DNA from: Octopus vulgaris
Lineage: Eukaryota
Direction of reading: 5' to 3'
DNA length: 64,000 bases
Assembly: GCA_951406725.2 (NCBI GenBank)
Contig: OX597826.1
Coordinates: 49,104,001 to 49,168,000 of the forward strand
The notes under the pieces were generated by a model that worked only from the letters and a program-made list of their open reading frames with translations, did no database searches and was not told where the DNA came from. Shown here in pieces: positions 12,667 through 26,234 of the stretch. A program made the translations under genes and the position numbers. The stretch's first letter is position 1; every line of letters begins with the position of its first letter.

Positions 12667-13202
12667 AACATTTCATAAAATAAATCATATAGGAAGTGAT
12701 GATGGTAAAATTCCTTAATTCTATAAAGAGAACATAACGAGAACAAAAGAAATCCTCTCCAGCCTTTTCGTTTCTTTACAGAACTCCCTCATTATGCCGG
12801 GCTTCCATTGGCATCAATTTGTATAGCATGGTACTTTATTGTGATAGCTTTTGTCTTTTCTTTTACTTACTTCAGTAATCGGACTGCGGCCCAGGTTGAG
12901 CACCATGTTGAAAGGTTTAGGGGTCTTGTTAAATTTCTTTCAACTACTTCAAATCTTCACCCGATTATTTTCAAAAACCGTAGTATTTTTGGTACACTAA
13001 TGATGAAAATGGCATTTTCCCCACTCTCTAAAAATTAATAAGCCTGTGGTATGTATGTATGTATGTATTTATGTATGTATGTATGTATGTATGTATGTAT
13101 GTATGTATGTATGTATGTATGTATGTATGTATGTATGTGTATATATATATATATATATACCTCAGGCTTCATTCAGTTTCCGTCAACCAAATCCACTCAC
13201 AA

Positions 13203-13240
<38 letters not shown>

Positions 13241-13242
<2 letters not shown>

Positions 13243-13683
13243 CGTGACGTATTTTTGCCATTTCAATATGGCTAACCCCTAAGGGTGGATGCTACTGTAG
13301 TTTTTAGCCCCAGGAGGACACACTCCTCCAGCTGGCCATAGACACACTTTCTGTGTCCTGTCAGTATTTGCAAAGGGAAGTCATCCTTCCCGTCTTCAAC
13401 TTATGATACACACGGACTCGAGTTTCGAGGTATTGACCTCTCGTCAGCGTGTGACAATCATAGTTGTCGCCGAGAATTAGATTTCCTTCACAAATACTTA
13501 TACTTTTTCCAGCGTCCACTGTCGCTGATATTGAAAAAGTGAAATCAAACAATGATAAATATCAATGTGAGTTATATACAGTAGCGGTAACACAACGTGA
13601 CGTATTTTTGCCATTTCAATATGGCTAACCCCTAAGGGTGGATGCTACTGTAGTTTTTAGCCCCAGGAGGACATACTCCTCCA
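13241..13683 (-). mobile_element. Retrozyme-like or non-autonomous Penelope-like element: 353-nt unit in 1.25 copies with one hammerhead
   Basis: 90-bp direct repeats at 13241-13330 and 13594-13683 (1 mismatch), HHR inside, no convincing ORF, flanked by a 44-bp duplicated host segment (13160-13203 and 13704-13747). Confidence 0.75.
13397..13466 (-). ncRNA. Type I hammerhead ribozyme with intact catalytic core
   Basis: Minus strand: CAACUAUGAUUGU-CACACG-CUGACGA-GAGG-UCAAUA-CCUC-GAAA-CUCGAG-UC^-CGUGUG-UAUCAUAAGUUG. Stems I and II pair, stem III is a palindromic mini-stem, and the GUC triplet predicts a cut between 13415 and 13414. Confidence 0.88.
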
Positions 13684-13816
13684 TATATATATATATATAT
13701 ATACCTCAGGCTTCATTGAGTTTCCGTCTACCAAATCCACTCACAAGGCTATATGTATGTATATATATATATATGTAAAAGTAATATATATATATAGACA
13801 ATCATATATCCATATT

Positions 13817-13863
<47 letters not shown>

Positions 13864-14075
13864 TACATTTGGATTGGACTGGCTTGCTTATGTTCATTCT
13901 ACTGCAGGAGGAAAGTCTCAGCTCACCTTGTACTGTTCCAACCACTGTCTGAATCAGTGGAGGCCATGAATTTGAGCTTGAGATCATACTGCTTTCATGA
14001 GCCTACTCTAACACACTGACTCAACTAGGCTTGGCAGAGGAGTGCAGTATTTATACTCATACCCAGGGATACTAA

Positions 14076-14405
14076 AGTCGATTACATCTACCCCAGTGCT
14101 CAAATGGTACTCATTTTATTGACCCCGAAAGACTGAAAGGCAAAGTCGGCCTCGGCGGAATTTGAACTCAGAACGTAAGGACATGAAATACAAGGGGGCT
14201 AAACATAAAGGGGACAAACAAGGATAGACATAGGTATTAAGTCGATTACATCGACACCAGTGCGTAACTGGTACTTAATTTATCGACACCGAAAGGATGA
14301 AAGGCAAAGTCGACTTCGGCGGAATTTGAACTCACAACGTAACGACATATGAAATACCACTAAACATTTCGCCTAGCGTGCTAACGAATCTGTCAGTTCA
14401 CCGCC
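14076..14405 (-). mobile_element. SINE family B, dimeric variant
   Basis: Reverse complement of the family B head and core, with the core present twice. Confidence 0.8.
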
Positions 14406-14421
14406 TTTTATATATGCACAC

Positions 14422-14469
<48 letters not shown>

Positions 14470-14694
14470 CATATACACACACATACACACACACACTTAT
14501 ATATGTATATGTCCACATACATGTATATCTATATCTATATATATATATATTTATATACACTCGTGTATACCCACGCGCACGTACACGCTCACGCATATGA
14601 TGTATATGTGTACTCGCATGCGAGTGTATCAAAAATAGAGTCCTTGTTCGCGAGTGTCGGAGTAAAAGAGGCGTTGGAGATGATATTTAAATCA

Positions 14695-14790
14695 CACACA
14701 CACACGGGACGCACACACACAAACATACATGCACACACACACACACATACACACGGGACGCACACACACAAACATACATGCACACACACA
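14695..14790. repeat. ~50-bp tandem duplication within a (CA)n tract
   Basis: ACACACGGGACGCACACACACAAACATACATGCACACACAC occurs twice in tandem. Confidence 0.8.
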
Positions 14791-14878
14791 CAACAGCAAA
14801 TGAAAGCAAGAGGGAGTGGAGGGGGAGAACCATCTGTTCTAAAATTTCGTAACTCCACCCTCCCACTTTCATTCACTC

Positions 14879-14938
<60 letters not shown>

Positions 14939-15179
14939 AGTCGTTCTTTATTTCTTCTCTCTACTTTCCAACCTCCCACACTACAAGATAGATAGTAACG
15001 GGGGAAAATGATGGAGAGCAGGGGTACACTACTTTTTACTCCAAATTACACACACACACACACACACACACTACATAACACACTACATAGATACACAAAT
15101 TCTCATACGCATGCATACACACACACACAAACGTACACACGCACGCAGCACTCAAATACCAACATACAAATAGCTGCAG

Positions 15180-15218
<39 letters not shown>

Positions 15219-15689
15219 CACTCACAGACACGATAAACGTACAAATTCTCTCAGACACATGCATATACACAACACTCTTGCACATACATACACCGCACAT
15301 CACACACACAGCTCCCTAACACACACACACACACGCGCGGAGAGGACTTATATCCACGGATGGGTGTACGAACACACGCACAAAGACAAGCGTACACACA
15401 GACACAAGGATATACACACTCACACACACACACATACATACAGCGCTAATACACACGCATACACACAAACATACAGCACTCTAATACACATGCACACACA
15501 CACACATACAGCATTCTAACAAACGCACACACAAACACACACACACACACACACACATAGCACTCACTCGCACACATTCACAGATCAACAACCAAAGAGA
15601 CAAACTTATAAAATCTTGCGCGGGCACGCATGCACACACACACATGTACACATGCACACAAATACACACACAAATACACAGTTATATAT

Positions 15690-15924
15690 ATTTCTTTATT
15701 GCCCACAAGGGGCTAAACACAGAGGGGACAAACAAGGATAGACAAAGGGATTAAGTCGATTACATCGACCCCCAGTGCGAAACTGGTACTTTATTTATCG
15801 ACCCCGAAAGGGATGAAAGGCAAAGTCGACCTCGGCGGAATTTGAACTCGGAATGTAACGTCAGACGGAATACGGCTACGCATTTCGCCCGGCGTGCTAA
15901 CGTTTCTGCCATCCCCTCGCCGCC
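15690..15924 (-). mobile_element. SINE family B, full length
   Basis: Reverse complement of 56299-56533. Confidence 0.85.
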
Positions 15925-15960
15925 TAACAAATACCCAGTTGTATAGTCCCACACACAAAT

Positions 15961-16427
15961 AGGCGCAGGAATGACTGTGTGGTAAAACGCCTGCTTCCCA
16001 ACCACATGCCTTTGGGTTCGGTCCCACTGCCTGGCACCTTCAGTAAGTGTCTTCTACTATAGCCTAGGGCCGACCAAAACCTTGTGAGTGCATTTGGTAG
16101 ACGGAAACTGAAAGAAACCCGTCGTGTGTGTGTGTGTGTGTATGTGTGTGTGTGTGTATGTATACAAATATATATATGTGTGTATGTGTGTGCATGTACA
16201 TATTCATATGTGTGTCTTTGTTTCTGTGTTTGTGTGTGTCCCCCACCACCACCACCACCATAGCTTGAAAATCGATGTTGGCGCGTTATTTACGATTCCA
16301 TAACCTAGCGGTTCGGCAAAAACGACCGATAGAATAAGAAGTACTAAGCTTACAAAGAATAAATCCAGAGCTCGGTTTCTTCCACTGAAGAAACCCTTTA
16401 AGGTGGTGCTCCAGCATGGCCGCAGTC
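15961..16427 (+). mobile_element. SINE family A, near full length
   Basis: AGGCGCAGGAATGACTGTGTGG head through GGTGGTGCTCCAGCATGGCCGCAGTC; a second 3' fragment follows at about 16500-16672. Confidence 0.85.
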
Positions 16428-17184
16428 ATGTGTGTGTGTGTGTGTGTATGTGTGTGTGTGTATGTGTGTGTGTGTCTGACATCCGTTTGACAACAGTATG
16501 ATCTGTTTACGCCCCCCCCCTCCGTAACTTAGCGCTTCGGCGATAAAGACCGATAGAATAAGTACCCGGTTTAACAAAAAAAAAGGTACTGAGGTCGATT
16601 TGTTCCACCAAACCTGTCAAGGCAGTGCTCCAGCATGGCCGCAGTCCAACGATTGAAACCCAGTAAAAGATAACAGATCAAAGAACAACTGTTCGTTATA
16701 GGTACCCGGGAAAGGGTACAGCTTCTAAAAATAGCAGCCAAATCTCTGTCAAAGCACTTCCTAGGGGTTTTAAGGAAGGCACACACACATTTAACACAGT
16801 GTAGTGTAGACTTAGATTAGCATAATCATCGAGACGGTCATCGTTGGAATGTCTTCATGCTGACCTGGGGGTTAAATACTTAAAACGACGTGGCAAAAAA
16901 CCATCCACCCGATTGACACCCGATTACCACCCCGTTCAAAACAGACTGACACCCGCTTCGCACCCTCGGCCTCTTCCTTCATCATCTTTAATCATCTCTT
17001 TTCTTGTAACACACTCAGATATCATCGCCTCTGTCTCTACCCCCACCTCTCTCTCTCTCTATCTCTACCTCTCTCTCTCTCTTTTCCTCTCTCCCCCTCA
17101 TCTTTCTCTCTCTCTCTCGTTCCCTTGTCCTTCCTCTTTCCATCGTCTTTCAATTACTAGCTCATCCCTTTCCCCTTTCTACCT

Positions 17185-17223
<39 letters not shown>

Positions 17224-17605
17224 ACTATCTTTCTCTCTCACTTTTTCTCCCTCCCTTTTTATCTCCTGCCTCTCTCTCTCACTCATACATCTCTTCTACT
17301 TTTTTTTATTATCAGCGTTGCCACCCTCCTCCTCCTCCCTTCCCACATCATCATCATCATCATCATCACAATAAGCATCGACATCCCATCCATCCTCATC
17401 CCTATCACCACTACCGCCACCACTGCCACTACCACCACCACCATCATCATCACTGTCAACACTACCATCATCATCACCACCAACAACAACAACGACACCA
17501 TCATCATTTCCATCACCACATTTTCTTCTTCATTACTCTGTATTCTGTTGCACCTCCCATTCGCTGCCCCCCTCTTGCCTACAAGTAGCCAGACACACAC
17601 ATACA

Positions 17606-17680
<75 letters not shown>

Positions 17681-17690
17681 ATACACTCAC

Positions 17691-17798
17691 CATTTCAGGA
17701 GTCAACAGGAGGAAGTTTGCTCCGCCAGGTTCTCGCTGCAGAACTGATAAGAGTAATTCCATACCCTCACCCTTTCTCTCTTGGAAATGGTTATCTTG
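17691..17798 (-). CDS. Candidate 108-nt exon of an unidentified minus-strand gene (QDNHFQERKGEGMELLLSVLQREPGGANFLLLTPEM)
   Basis: Non-repetitive island between microsatellites, (TTG)n-TTTAG acceptor, ATG|GTGAGT donor, length divisible by 3, one open frame while the other two have stops. The protein is not recognised. Confidence 0.45.
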
Positions 17799-18665
17799 CT
17801 AAACAACAACAACAACAACAACAACAACAGCCGACTATAGAACTTCTATGTGGTCCCTCGGTTTACTAGAAATAGCAGCCAAATCTTGCTCAAATTACGC
17901 ACGCTCCTATAGGAGAATGGAACATCGGGTAATGTAGTCAAGGAAAAAAAGACGGGATGGGCACGTCTGAAGAACCAAATTACTTTGATCAATATAGTTA
18001 GAAATACACCACAACAAACAGATCAGACTCTACACCTGTTAGAACTACATAGACCACACAGAAAGCGTTTTATATGAATCAGGTGTATAACTAACTATAT
18101 AAAAGATGAACCCGTAACCGAAATCCTCATAAAATGGAGCGTTAAATAAATTAGTTCTAACTAGGACTTAACAGTAATAATATATTAAAAAACCACTGAA
18201 ATCAAAGCCTCCTTGTCAACAACAAAACACAAGCATCTAAACCTGAGAAGCTGCAACGGACTAATATGGTCTATAAATTTGACTGAATGTGTGAGAGTTG
18301 TAAACTTGACGACTCCAACTGTTATATTGTCCATAAAGTACTCTCTAGCCGGATTAGCGCACACTTATAATAATGGCTTCAAATTTTAGCATAAGGCATG
18401 CAATTTCGATGGAGGGGATAAGTTGATTACTTCGACCCCAGTGCTCAACTGGTACTTATTTTATCGACCCCGAAATGATGAAAGGCAAGATAAAGACTGT
18501 TAAAGTCTAGAAATATTGATGTATAGAAAGAGCGGGAGAGAAAGAGTATTGAATAGTAAACAGAATGAGAGTAGGTATTTCCAAAACATCGATACAAGGA
18601 CCGTATATCGAGTACCAAAACAGAGGTAGCCATCAGCACCTGTCATCCATCCATCCATCCATACA

Positions 18666-18697
<32 letters not shown>

Positions 18698-19465
18698 AAT
18701 GTACACATCTACATCCACATACACGCAAATCCATATGTATTGTCCAAAAATGAAAAAAACACAAAGACGAGGAAAAAGAACAAGCAGGGTATGTTAGGTG
18801 TATTAGACAAACCTATGGTCAAAGACATTCCAGTCGTGACCATCCTATCTTTTACCTATGCTTGGAGGACCTAGAGTCACCTTATCTAAAGTGCCCTTTT
18901 TAAAAAGCAGTAGAAGAGTATGATTTTAAAGGCGATATAGTTGTTATTTCTAGCCCCACGAGTGTCAATATTTCTCGTGTTCTTCAACCCTTGGTCAATC
19001 TTGATCGTGTAAATTGTCATCAAAGGCGTTCTAACTGTGACCATCACATCTTTTTACAATAAAGCATTAACCAAGGGTACATTGTCCAATGTTTGCCACA
19101 TTTTATTATAAACTGTAGTGTGTGATACAAAGGCGATTTGGCAGCTATTTCTAATAGATCGATTCACCGGTATTGTTTCATGTTACTCAGCCCTTTGTCA
19201 ACTCTGAGAGAGCAGAATTATGTTCCAACGGATTCCAGCTATGGCCATTCTGTTTCATTTTTCTTTGACGTTGTGTAATAGTTCTCGACCTTTTCACTGC
19301 AAACGACTCCCCTTTGTTTAAATAAAGCTTCCCGCGGACACCAGGATCATGAGAGATCGGTATACTCAACAAGTTTTGAACACAACTCATAGTCCCCATT
19401 GTATTATAGTTGTGGCCCCTCTCTTTCAGATGTCCGCGAACCCCCTAGTTGGGAACTGCTGATAA

Positions 19466-19766
19466 CTGGCGCTCCATCGGTTATGGCGACAAGGGTTCCA
19501 GTTGATCCGCTCAACGGAACAGCCTGTTCGTGAAATTAACATGCAACTGGTTGAGTACTCCACGGACACACGTATCCTTAACGTAGTTCTCAGAGAGATT
19601 CAGCGTGACACAAGAATGTGTCATGGTTGGCCTTATTTTTGCGCGACGAGTTGATAGGAACAATATGAAATAAAGTGTCTTGCTCCAGGACACAACGCGC
19701 CGACGGACATCGAACTCAAGACCTTACGATCGTATGCCGAATACCCTAACCACTAAACCACGCGCT
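19466..19766 (-). mobile_element. tRNA-derived SINE with family D-related head
   Basis: Minus strand: GCGCGTGGTTTAGTGGTTAGGGTATTCGG...GAGTTCGATGTCC...GTGTCCTGGAGCAAGACACTTTATTTCA. Confidence 0.7.
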
Positions 19767-19892
19767 GACATGCTATATCTATAAGGTACATTACTTCCTT
19801 CTTTTAGTTACCCTACCCTTATCAACCTGACTCAGAGGGTCGCAAGGATGTTTGGTTACCACTATAGTGTGATTACTTGTTAGTGTGTATTA

Positions 19893-20414
19893 TATAATGA
19901 AATTATTGTATACAGTGCTCAGGTGCACCACAACTTGTCAGAAAGTGCATATAAAGTACATGCAGTAATGTAGAAATGTCTGGAAAGTGAACATGCTTGT
20001 GTGTGTATGGAGAGGAGAAAATCAGGTGTAGTGTTGGCGAATCTCAGGAAGCATGGAAGTTTTGAAGGATGCAGTGCTCCGACAACTAACAACCGATGCC
20101 GGCAGTTTGTTCCACGCTTCAGCAACTCTCAGCGTGAAAAAATGTTTCCTGAAGTCATGGGAGCTGTGCTGTTTTCTTACTTTGTAAATATGTCCACGGG
20201 TGTTAGATGGGTGGAGTTTGAAGAGGTGCTCAGAGTTATTGTTTGTGCGATGGTTGATAATTTTATGGGTGTCTGCCAAGTCAGCTGCCAGACGTCGGAG
20301 TTTCAATATGTCCATGCCCAGGGAAGTAAGGCGTTCAGGATATGGCAAATGCCTGATGGAGGGTATTCTTTTCGTTGCACGTCGCTGAACAGCTTCCAGA
20401 CGATTGATGTCCTG
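19893..20414 (-). pseudogene. CR1-group LINE, 5'-truncated (ORF2 C-terminus plus 3' UTR)
   Basis: QDINRLEAVQRRATKRIP..LPYPERL..LRRL..DL..TRGH.YK..RKHFFTLRV..AWNKLP..FK is the canonical CR1 ORF2 C-terminus. The same 3' UTR occurs at 48095-48202. Confidence 0.9.
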
Positions 20415-20674
20415 GGTATTGTATTCTTGAAGGCCATCGTCCTGTGGTCAAGCTGGCTGCATGCATAATAAACGAAGCAAACCCACGAACTTTAAACTTT
20501 TAACATATTTATTGCTGGACATGATTTATTGCGTTGGTCGTTTACAAAACAAAAGATGCTGATAATATTACCGCCGTCTAAGGCGGCGAGCTGGTATCGG
20601 TTTGTTTACGTCCCCTTCAATTAGCGGTTCAACGAAAGATAGCGATAACTGCCAAAGTTATATGGAAAATATAT

Positions 20675-20891
20675 TACTCTTTTACTCTTTCAATTGCTTC
20701 AGTCATTTGACTGTGGCCATGCTGGAGCACCGCCTTTAGTCGAGCAAATCGACCCTAGGACTTATTCTTTGTAAGCCTAGTACTTATTCTATCGGACTCT
20801 TTTGCCGAACCGCTAAGTTACGGGGACGTAAACACATCAGCATAGGTTGTCAAGCGATGTTGGAGGGACAAACACGAACACATAAACACAA

Positions 20892-20982
<91 letters not shown>

Positions 20983-21149
20983 TACGACAGGCTTCTTTCA
21001 GTTTCCGTCTACTAAATCCACTCACAAGGCTTTGGTCGGCCCGAGGCTATAGTAGAAGACACTTGCCCAAGGTGCCACACAGTGGGACTGAACCCGGAAC
21101 CATGTGGTTGGTAAGCAAGCTACTTACCACACAACCACTCCTGTGCCTA
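20675..21149 (-). mobile_element. SINE family A, full length
   Basis: Reverse complement of 7338-7735. Confidence 0.9.
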
Positions 21150-22365
21150 TTTTATATATATATAATAGGTATTGGGTGAATTTTATTTTTAATGATTGAA
21201 ACAAGTACAGTTACACTACGGATTTTCCGGTTACTGATAGTCTTCAAGCTCATTTAATCCGGATACATTTACGAGAGGAAATTTGAAATCCTTGTGGCCG
21301 CCCATCTAGTTCATTTCACATCCACAGATGACGTTGTGTGTCCTGTGTGCTTTCGCTGCGTTATTTGCACTGCACTTGATCGTGGCGATACCAAAACTTC
21401 GAAAGATCCTCCACTTATTCAGCATAAAGTTACTCTTAGTTATGGTTATTACTAAGAGAACCGAGAGCGTCAGTGGTATCCAGGTTGAACTGATGGATCG
21501 TGGTGTTTAATTACGCAAACTATGTAAAGCCCTAATGCTATGATCAACTACAAAACAGACAGTAATTCTAATGACCCTCATCTTGCAAAACCTCTGTGAT
21601 TAAATCCATTAAAATTCCAAAATTTGCCACCTTAGAAGCAGTAATGATACAACACTCTTTGTAAATACAGTAATTAATAAATGTACTAATGTAATACACG
21701 ACTCACCGGCCTTTCATGTATCAAATTTGTATTTAATACCCTGTATTTGTTTAATTTAAGTTTCAAGCATTTCGTGGTACTTAAGATGTATGGAAGGTGT
21801 ATAATTAGTAGGTTAGAGGTATAATGATGAATTACTATAATTATTATGATCTCATAAGGCAGCGAGCTAGCAGGGTCGTTAGCAGACTGGACTAAATGAT
21901 AAGAGGCATTTTGCCTATCTTTATGTTCTGAGGTCGACTTTACCTTTCATCCTTTCGGAATCGACAAAAGAAGTACTCAAGTAGGGAGGTCGATGTGATC
22001 AACTCCTCCCTTCTTCAAACTCAGCTGACTCTGTGCCAAAATTTGAAGCCATTAGAATGGCTGGAGGCATGTGGCTTAGTGATTAGGGTACTGGTTTCAG
22101 GATCGTAAGATTGTGGTTTTGGTTCCAGGACCGAGCGATACGTTTTGTTCTTGAGCCAAACACTTCATTTCATGTTTTGCCAGTCGACTCAGCTGGCAAA
22201 TATGAAGACTATAATGAAGTCGCGACAGACCTGACAAGCCGGCGATGATGGATCTGCCTAAATAAACAAGCAAAAAGAAAACTTCTGGACTGATGGACCT
22301 TAGGCCTACCCTGCTGTTACCCCTTACCATCGAAACCGACACAAATCCGTTTACTATGTTTTACT

Positions 22366-22756
22366 TTTCTACTCTAGGCACAAGGCCCGGAATTTCGGGG
22401 GAGCAGTCGATTAGACCGACTCCAGTACGCAACTGGTGCTCAATTTATCGACTCCGAAAGGATGAAAGACAAAGTCGACCTCGGCAGAATTTGAACTCAG
22501 AATGTAAAGACAGAGGAAATACGTATTTCTTTACTGCCCACAAAGGGCTAAACACAGAGGAGACAAACAAGGACAGACACACGGATTAAGTCGATTACAT
22601 CGACCCCAGTGCGTAACTGGTACTTAATTAATCGACCCCGAAAGGATGAAAGGCAAAGTCGACCTCGGCGGAATTTGAACTCAGAACGTAACGGGAGACG
22701 AAATGCCGCTAAACATTTCGCCCGGCGTGCCAACGTTTCTGCCAGCTCGCCGCCTT
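22366..22756 (-). mobile_element. SINE family B, dimeric form
   Basis: Head GGCGGCGAGCTGGCAGAAACG, core twice, same internal junction as 8155-8556. Confidence 0.85.
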
Positions 22757-23665
22757 GTTTGCTATATTTTACTATCAATGAAATGATTAAGACATTAGAA
22801 TGTGATATGAGAAAAAATTGGCTGCTGTTTCTTGCACGGTCTAGAGTCCATCTAGATCTCTTTTTTTTCTTTTCTATTTTTAGTTCTTTTTAAGGTTTTT
22901 TTCTGCTGGTTTACACTTTTACACTTCACAGAATTCTGCTTTCTGGATTTCGACGGCCACCCATCACCCTCTTTGAACCAACTACTACGGCTCTCACCAC
23001 TGTTCCGCCGCCTCCATCACCACCACCACCACCGCCACTGTCACTATCATTAACACTTGATGTCGTACGCACTAAACCCACTCCCACCGCTGCTTCTATA
23101 CCCAGTACCGCCGCCACCAGCATCACATGCAAACACTATCTTTCACACACATAACCGCCATCAAAACCAACAAATTACACCACGTACACGCGCACATATA
23201 GACATACACTCATAGACTCACACTCATAGGCATACACACACACACGCACGTAAAAATAACAGAGGGTCACTGGCAAATAAACACACACACACACACACAT
23301 ACACGCGCATGCATATAGATACTCACACGCACTCGCGCATAAATACGGGATCGCAGGCAAACACATACGCGCGCGCGCGGACAGAGGCACAAGCAGTCAT
23401 ATACACATTCACAAGTGCACAGGAAGATATACACATACAAACACAACTGCTTAGGCACACACACACACACGCACGCACACACACGCACACACGAGCAAGC
23501 ATACATACTGATACACATGAAGAAGCAGACAGATGCATAAACCAGACACAAACGTACAGACGCAGAGACAAATAACACACACAGTTCGTATTAGATAGTG
23601 ATATACGCATAGAAAATTGATGTATTTATACACATACCTACACGTATGCGAACATAGTAAAAATA

Positions 23666-24074
23666 TACTCTTTTTACTCTTTTACTTGTTTCAGTCATTT
23701 GACTGCGGACATGCTGGAGCACCGCCTTTTAATCGAGCAACTCGACCCCGGGACATATTCTTTTTTGTAAGCCCAGTACTTATTCTATCGGTCTCTTTTT
23801 GCCGAACCGCTAAGTAACGGGGACATAAACACACCAGCATCGGTTGTCATGCAATGCTAGGGGGACAAACACAGACACACAAACACACACACACGCATAT
23901 ATATATATGTATACATATATACGACGGGCTTCTTTCAGTTTCCGTCTACCAAATCCACTCACAAGGCATTGGTCGGCCCGAGGCTATAGTAGAAGACACT
24001 TGCCCAAGGTGTCATGCATTGGGACTGAACCCGGAACCATGTGGTTGGTAAACAAGCTACTTACCACACAGCCA
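23666..24074 (-). mobile_element. SINE family A, near full length
   Basis: Reverse complement of 7338-7735, followed by a ~120-bp (TA)n tract. Confidence 0.9.
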
Positions 24075-24080
24075 TATATA

Positions 24081-24222
<142 letters not shown>

Positions 24223-24429
24223 GTATTGGTATCCAGAAGACCCAGGGTGGTAGGTAAGGCTATGTAAGTGCTATGGAAGGAACGTAGTTAAACTTTCGGT
24301 TCGATAGTAATATACAGACGCAATGAAATACCCATGTGTGTGCGTGTGTATAAACATATGTTTACATACATTTTATCTGTGTGTGTATGTATTAGTGTGT
24401 GTGTCAGGTATATGAAAGCAATGTGGTAG

Positions 24430-24625
24430 CTCTGTGCTAGAAACAACAGCTAACTCTTTACCGAATCGCGCACTGCGTGCAATCTTTGGAAAAGATAGAA
24501 TGGAAGGATACATTGGATAAGTTAATCCTCTATATATTACGTCTGAAAAGATGGAGCAGTCATGGTTAGAACGCTTTTGTTCTTCGGACTGCTCAGTTGG
24601 AGCTGACCAGGGGCTAAACAACAAC
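24430..24625 (+). mobile_element. Old dispersed repeat family, probably a SINE 3' part ending in (CAA)n
   Basis: GCTAGAAA.A.CAGC...TTGGATAA...GGGCTAAACAACAAC motifs recur, diverged, at about 1890-2115, 16720-16880, 17860-17970, 18800-19160, 25450-25850, 32690-32880 and 38780-38960. Confidence 0.6.
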
Positions 24626-24695
24626 TTTTAAACACATATTTCTAGACATTCATACACACATACAAACGTGTGTGTGTATATATATATATACATAC

Positions 24696-25026
24696 TCGTT
24701 TCAGTCATTAGTCGAGCAAATCGACCCCAGGACTTATTCTTTGTAAGCCTAGTACTTATTCTATCGTCTCTTTTGCCGAACCGCTAAGTTACGGGAGACG
24801 TAAACACACCAGCATCGGTTGTCAAGCGATGTTTGGTGGGGGGGGGACAAACATACACACATATGCATATACATATATACGACGGGCTTCTTTCAGTTTC
24901 CCAGTCACAAGGCTTTGGCTGCCCCGAGGCTACTGTAGAAGACACTTGTCCAAGGTGCCACGCAGTGGGACTGAACCCAGAACCATATGTGGTTGGTAAG
25001 CAAGCTACTTACCACACAGCCACTCC
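24696..25026 (-). mobile_element. SINE family A with small deletions
   Basis: Reverse complement of family A. Confidence 0.85.
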
Positions 25027-26234
25027 ATATATTATATATATATTCAATAGATTTTTTTTTAGCTTCTCCCCGCCCTCGGCGATCGCTCCCACCCTGGGCC
25101 CATTCTGTCATCGTATATCTAACTACAAGAAGCAGGACCGGCATCAATGTTGCCGGAATCATCATCATCACCACAACCACCACCATCATCAACATCATTA
25201 TAACCACAATCGTTATCATCATCATCGTCGTCATATTTCATCTTTACCATTATCGCCACCACCACCACAACCACCGGTACCTCAGCTACCAGCACCATTG
25301 CCTCCAACACCACCAGCACCACTAACCGCTTCCACCACCACCACCATCAAAGTACAACCCTCCCCACCAACCGTCGCCACTGCCACCATCTACATCACCA
25401 CCCATATATGGTGGGCGGGCCGACTATGAAGCTACTATATGGTCGCAAGCTTATGCTAAAAATAGCAGCCAAATCACCCTGAAATCACACTACCATTATA
25501 AAAAAAAATACATTGTCAAAACTATATCACCCAGAGTCTGTTAAGCATAAATGGAATGGTCATGACTGGAATGGTTTGGATCACTGGTTTTTCAGCCAAG
25601 GCCGACCTGGGGCTAAGCTATTACAGCTACAGCGATATTGTCGAGCAAACTAGAGGGCCTCCAGGTCTGTCGTTCGAGCGGCTAGAAATATCAGTTAAAA
25701 TTTCTCCACAAATCTCACCTTTAGCAGCTTTAACGAAACAGAGCACACTGGATAATGTAGTTCTAGGTTATACTACGCCTGGCCTGGGTATAACGGGTGC
25801 ATGGGTCGGGAATCATCATCTGGTGAATCAAGGTTGTCTGTAGAACTAAACATCTACTACAACAACAACAACACTACTACTACCACCACCCCTACTACTA
25901 TTACTATCACTACAACCACTACTGCCAAAATCTACTACTACTACTAAAATTCTTTTTTCAAATTTGTAGTTAAATATTACTTTCTCCCACCACAACCTCC
26001 CACTACTGCTCTCCAATGAACCACACACACACACACACACACACACACAAATACATACATTTTTAAAAGCACAGTTATCTAAACATACTTAGACACACAG
26101 ACATGCACAGATACATGTACATAAGCATCTATATATATATATATATATAATTATATAGTTTTTAAAGGCACTGCTATACAAACACACACACATGCATTTC
26201 AAAACTGCTGCAGCTTACATTCAGACATATATAT

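Noticed and set aside
20001-20468. 155-aa plus-strand ORF
   Set aside because: Antisense shadow of the minus-strand CR1 ORF2 remnant.
24833-25429. 198-aa His/Pro/Thr-rich ORF
   Set aside because: SINE sequence followed by degenerate (CAT)/(CAC) repeats.
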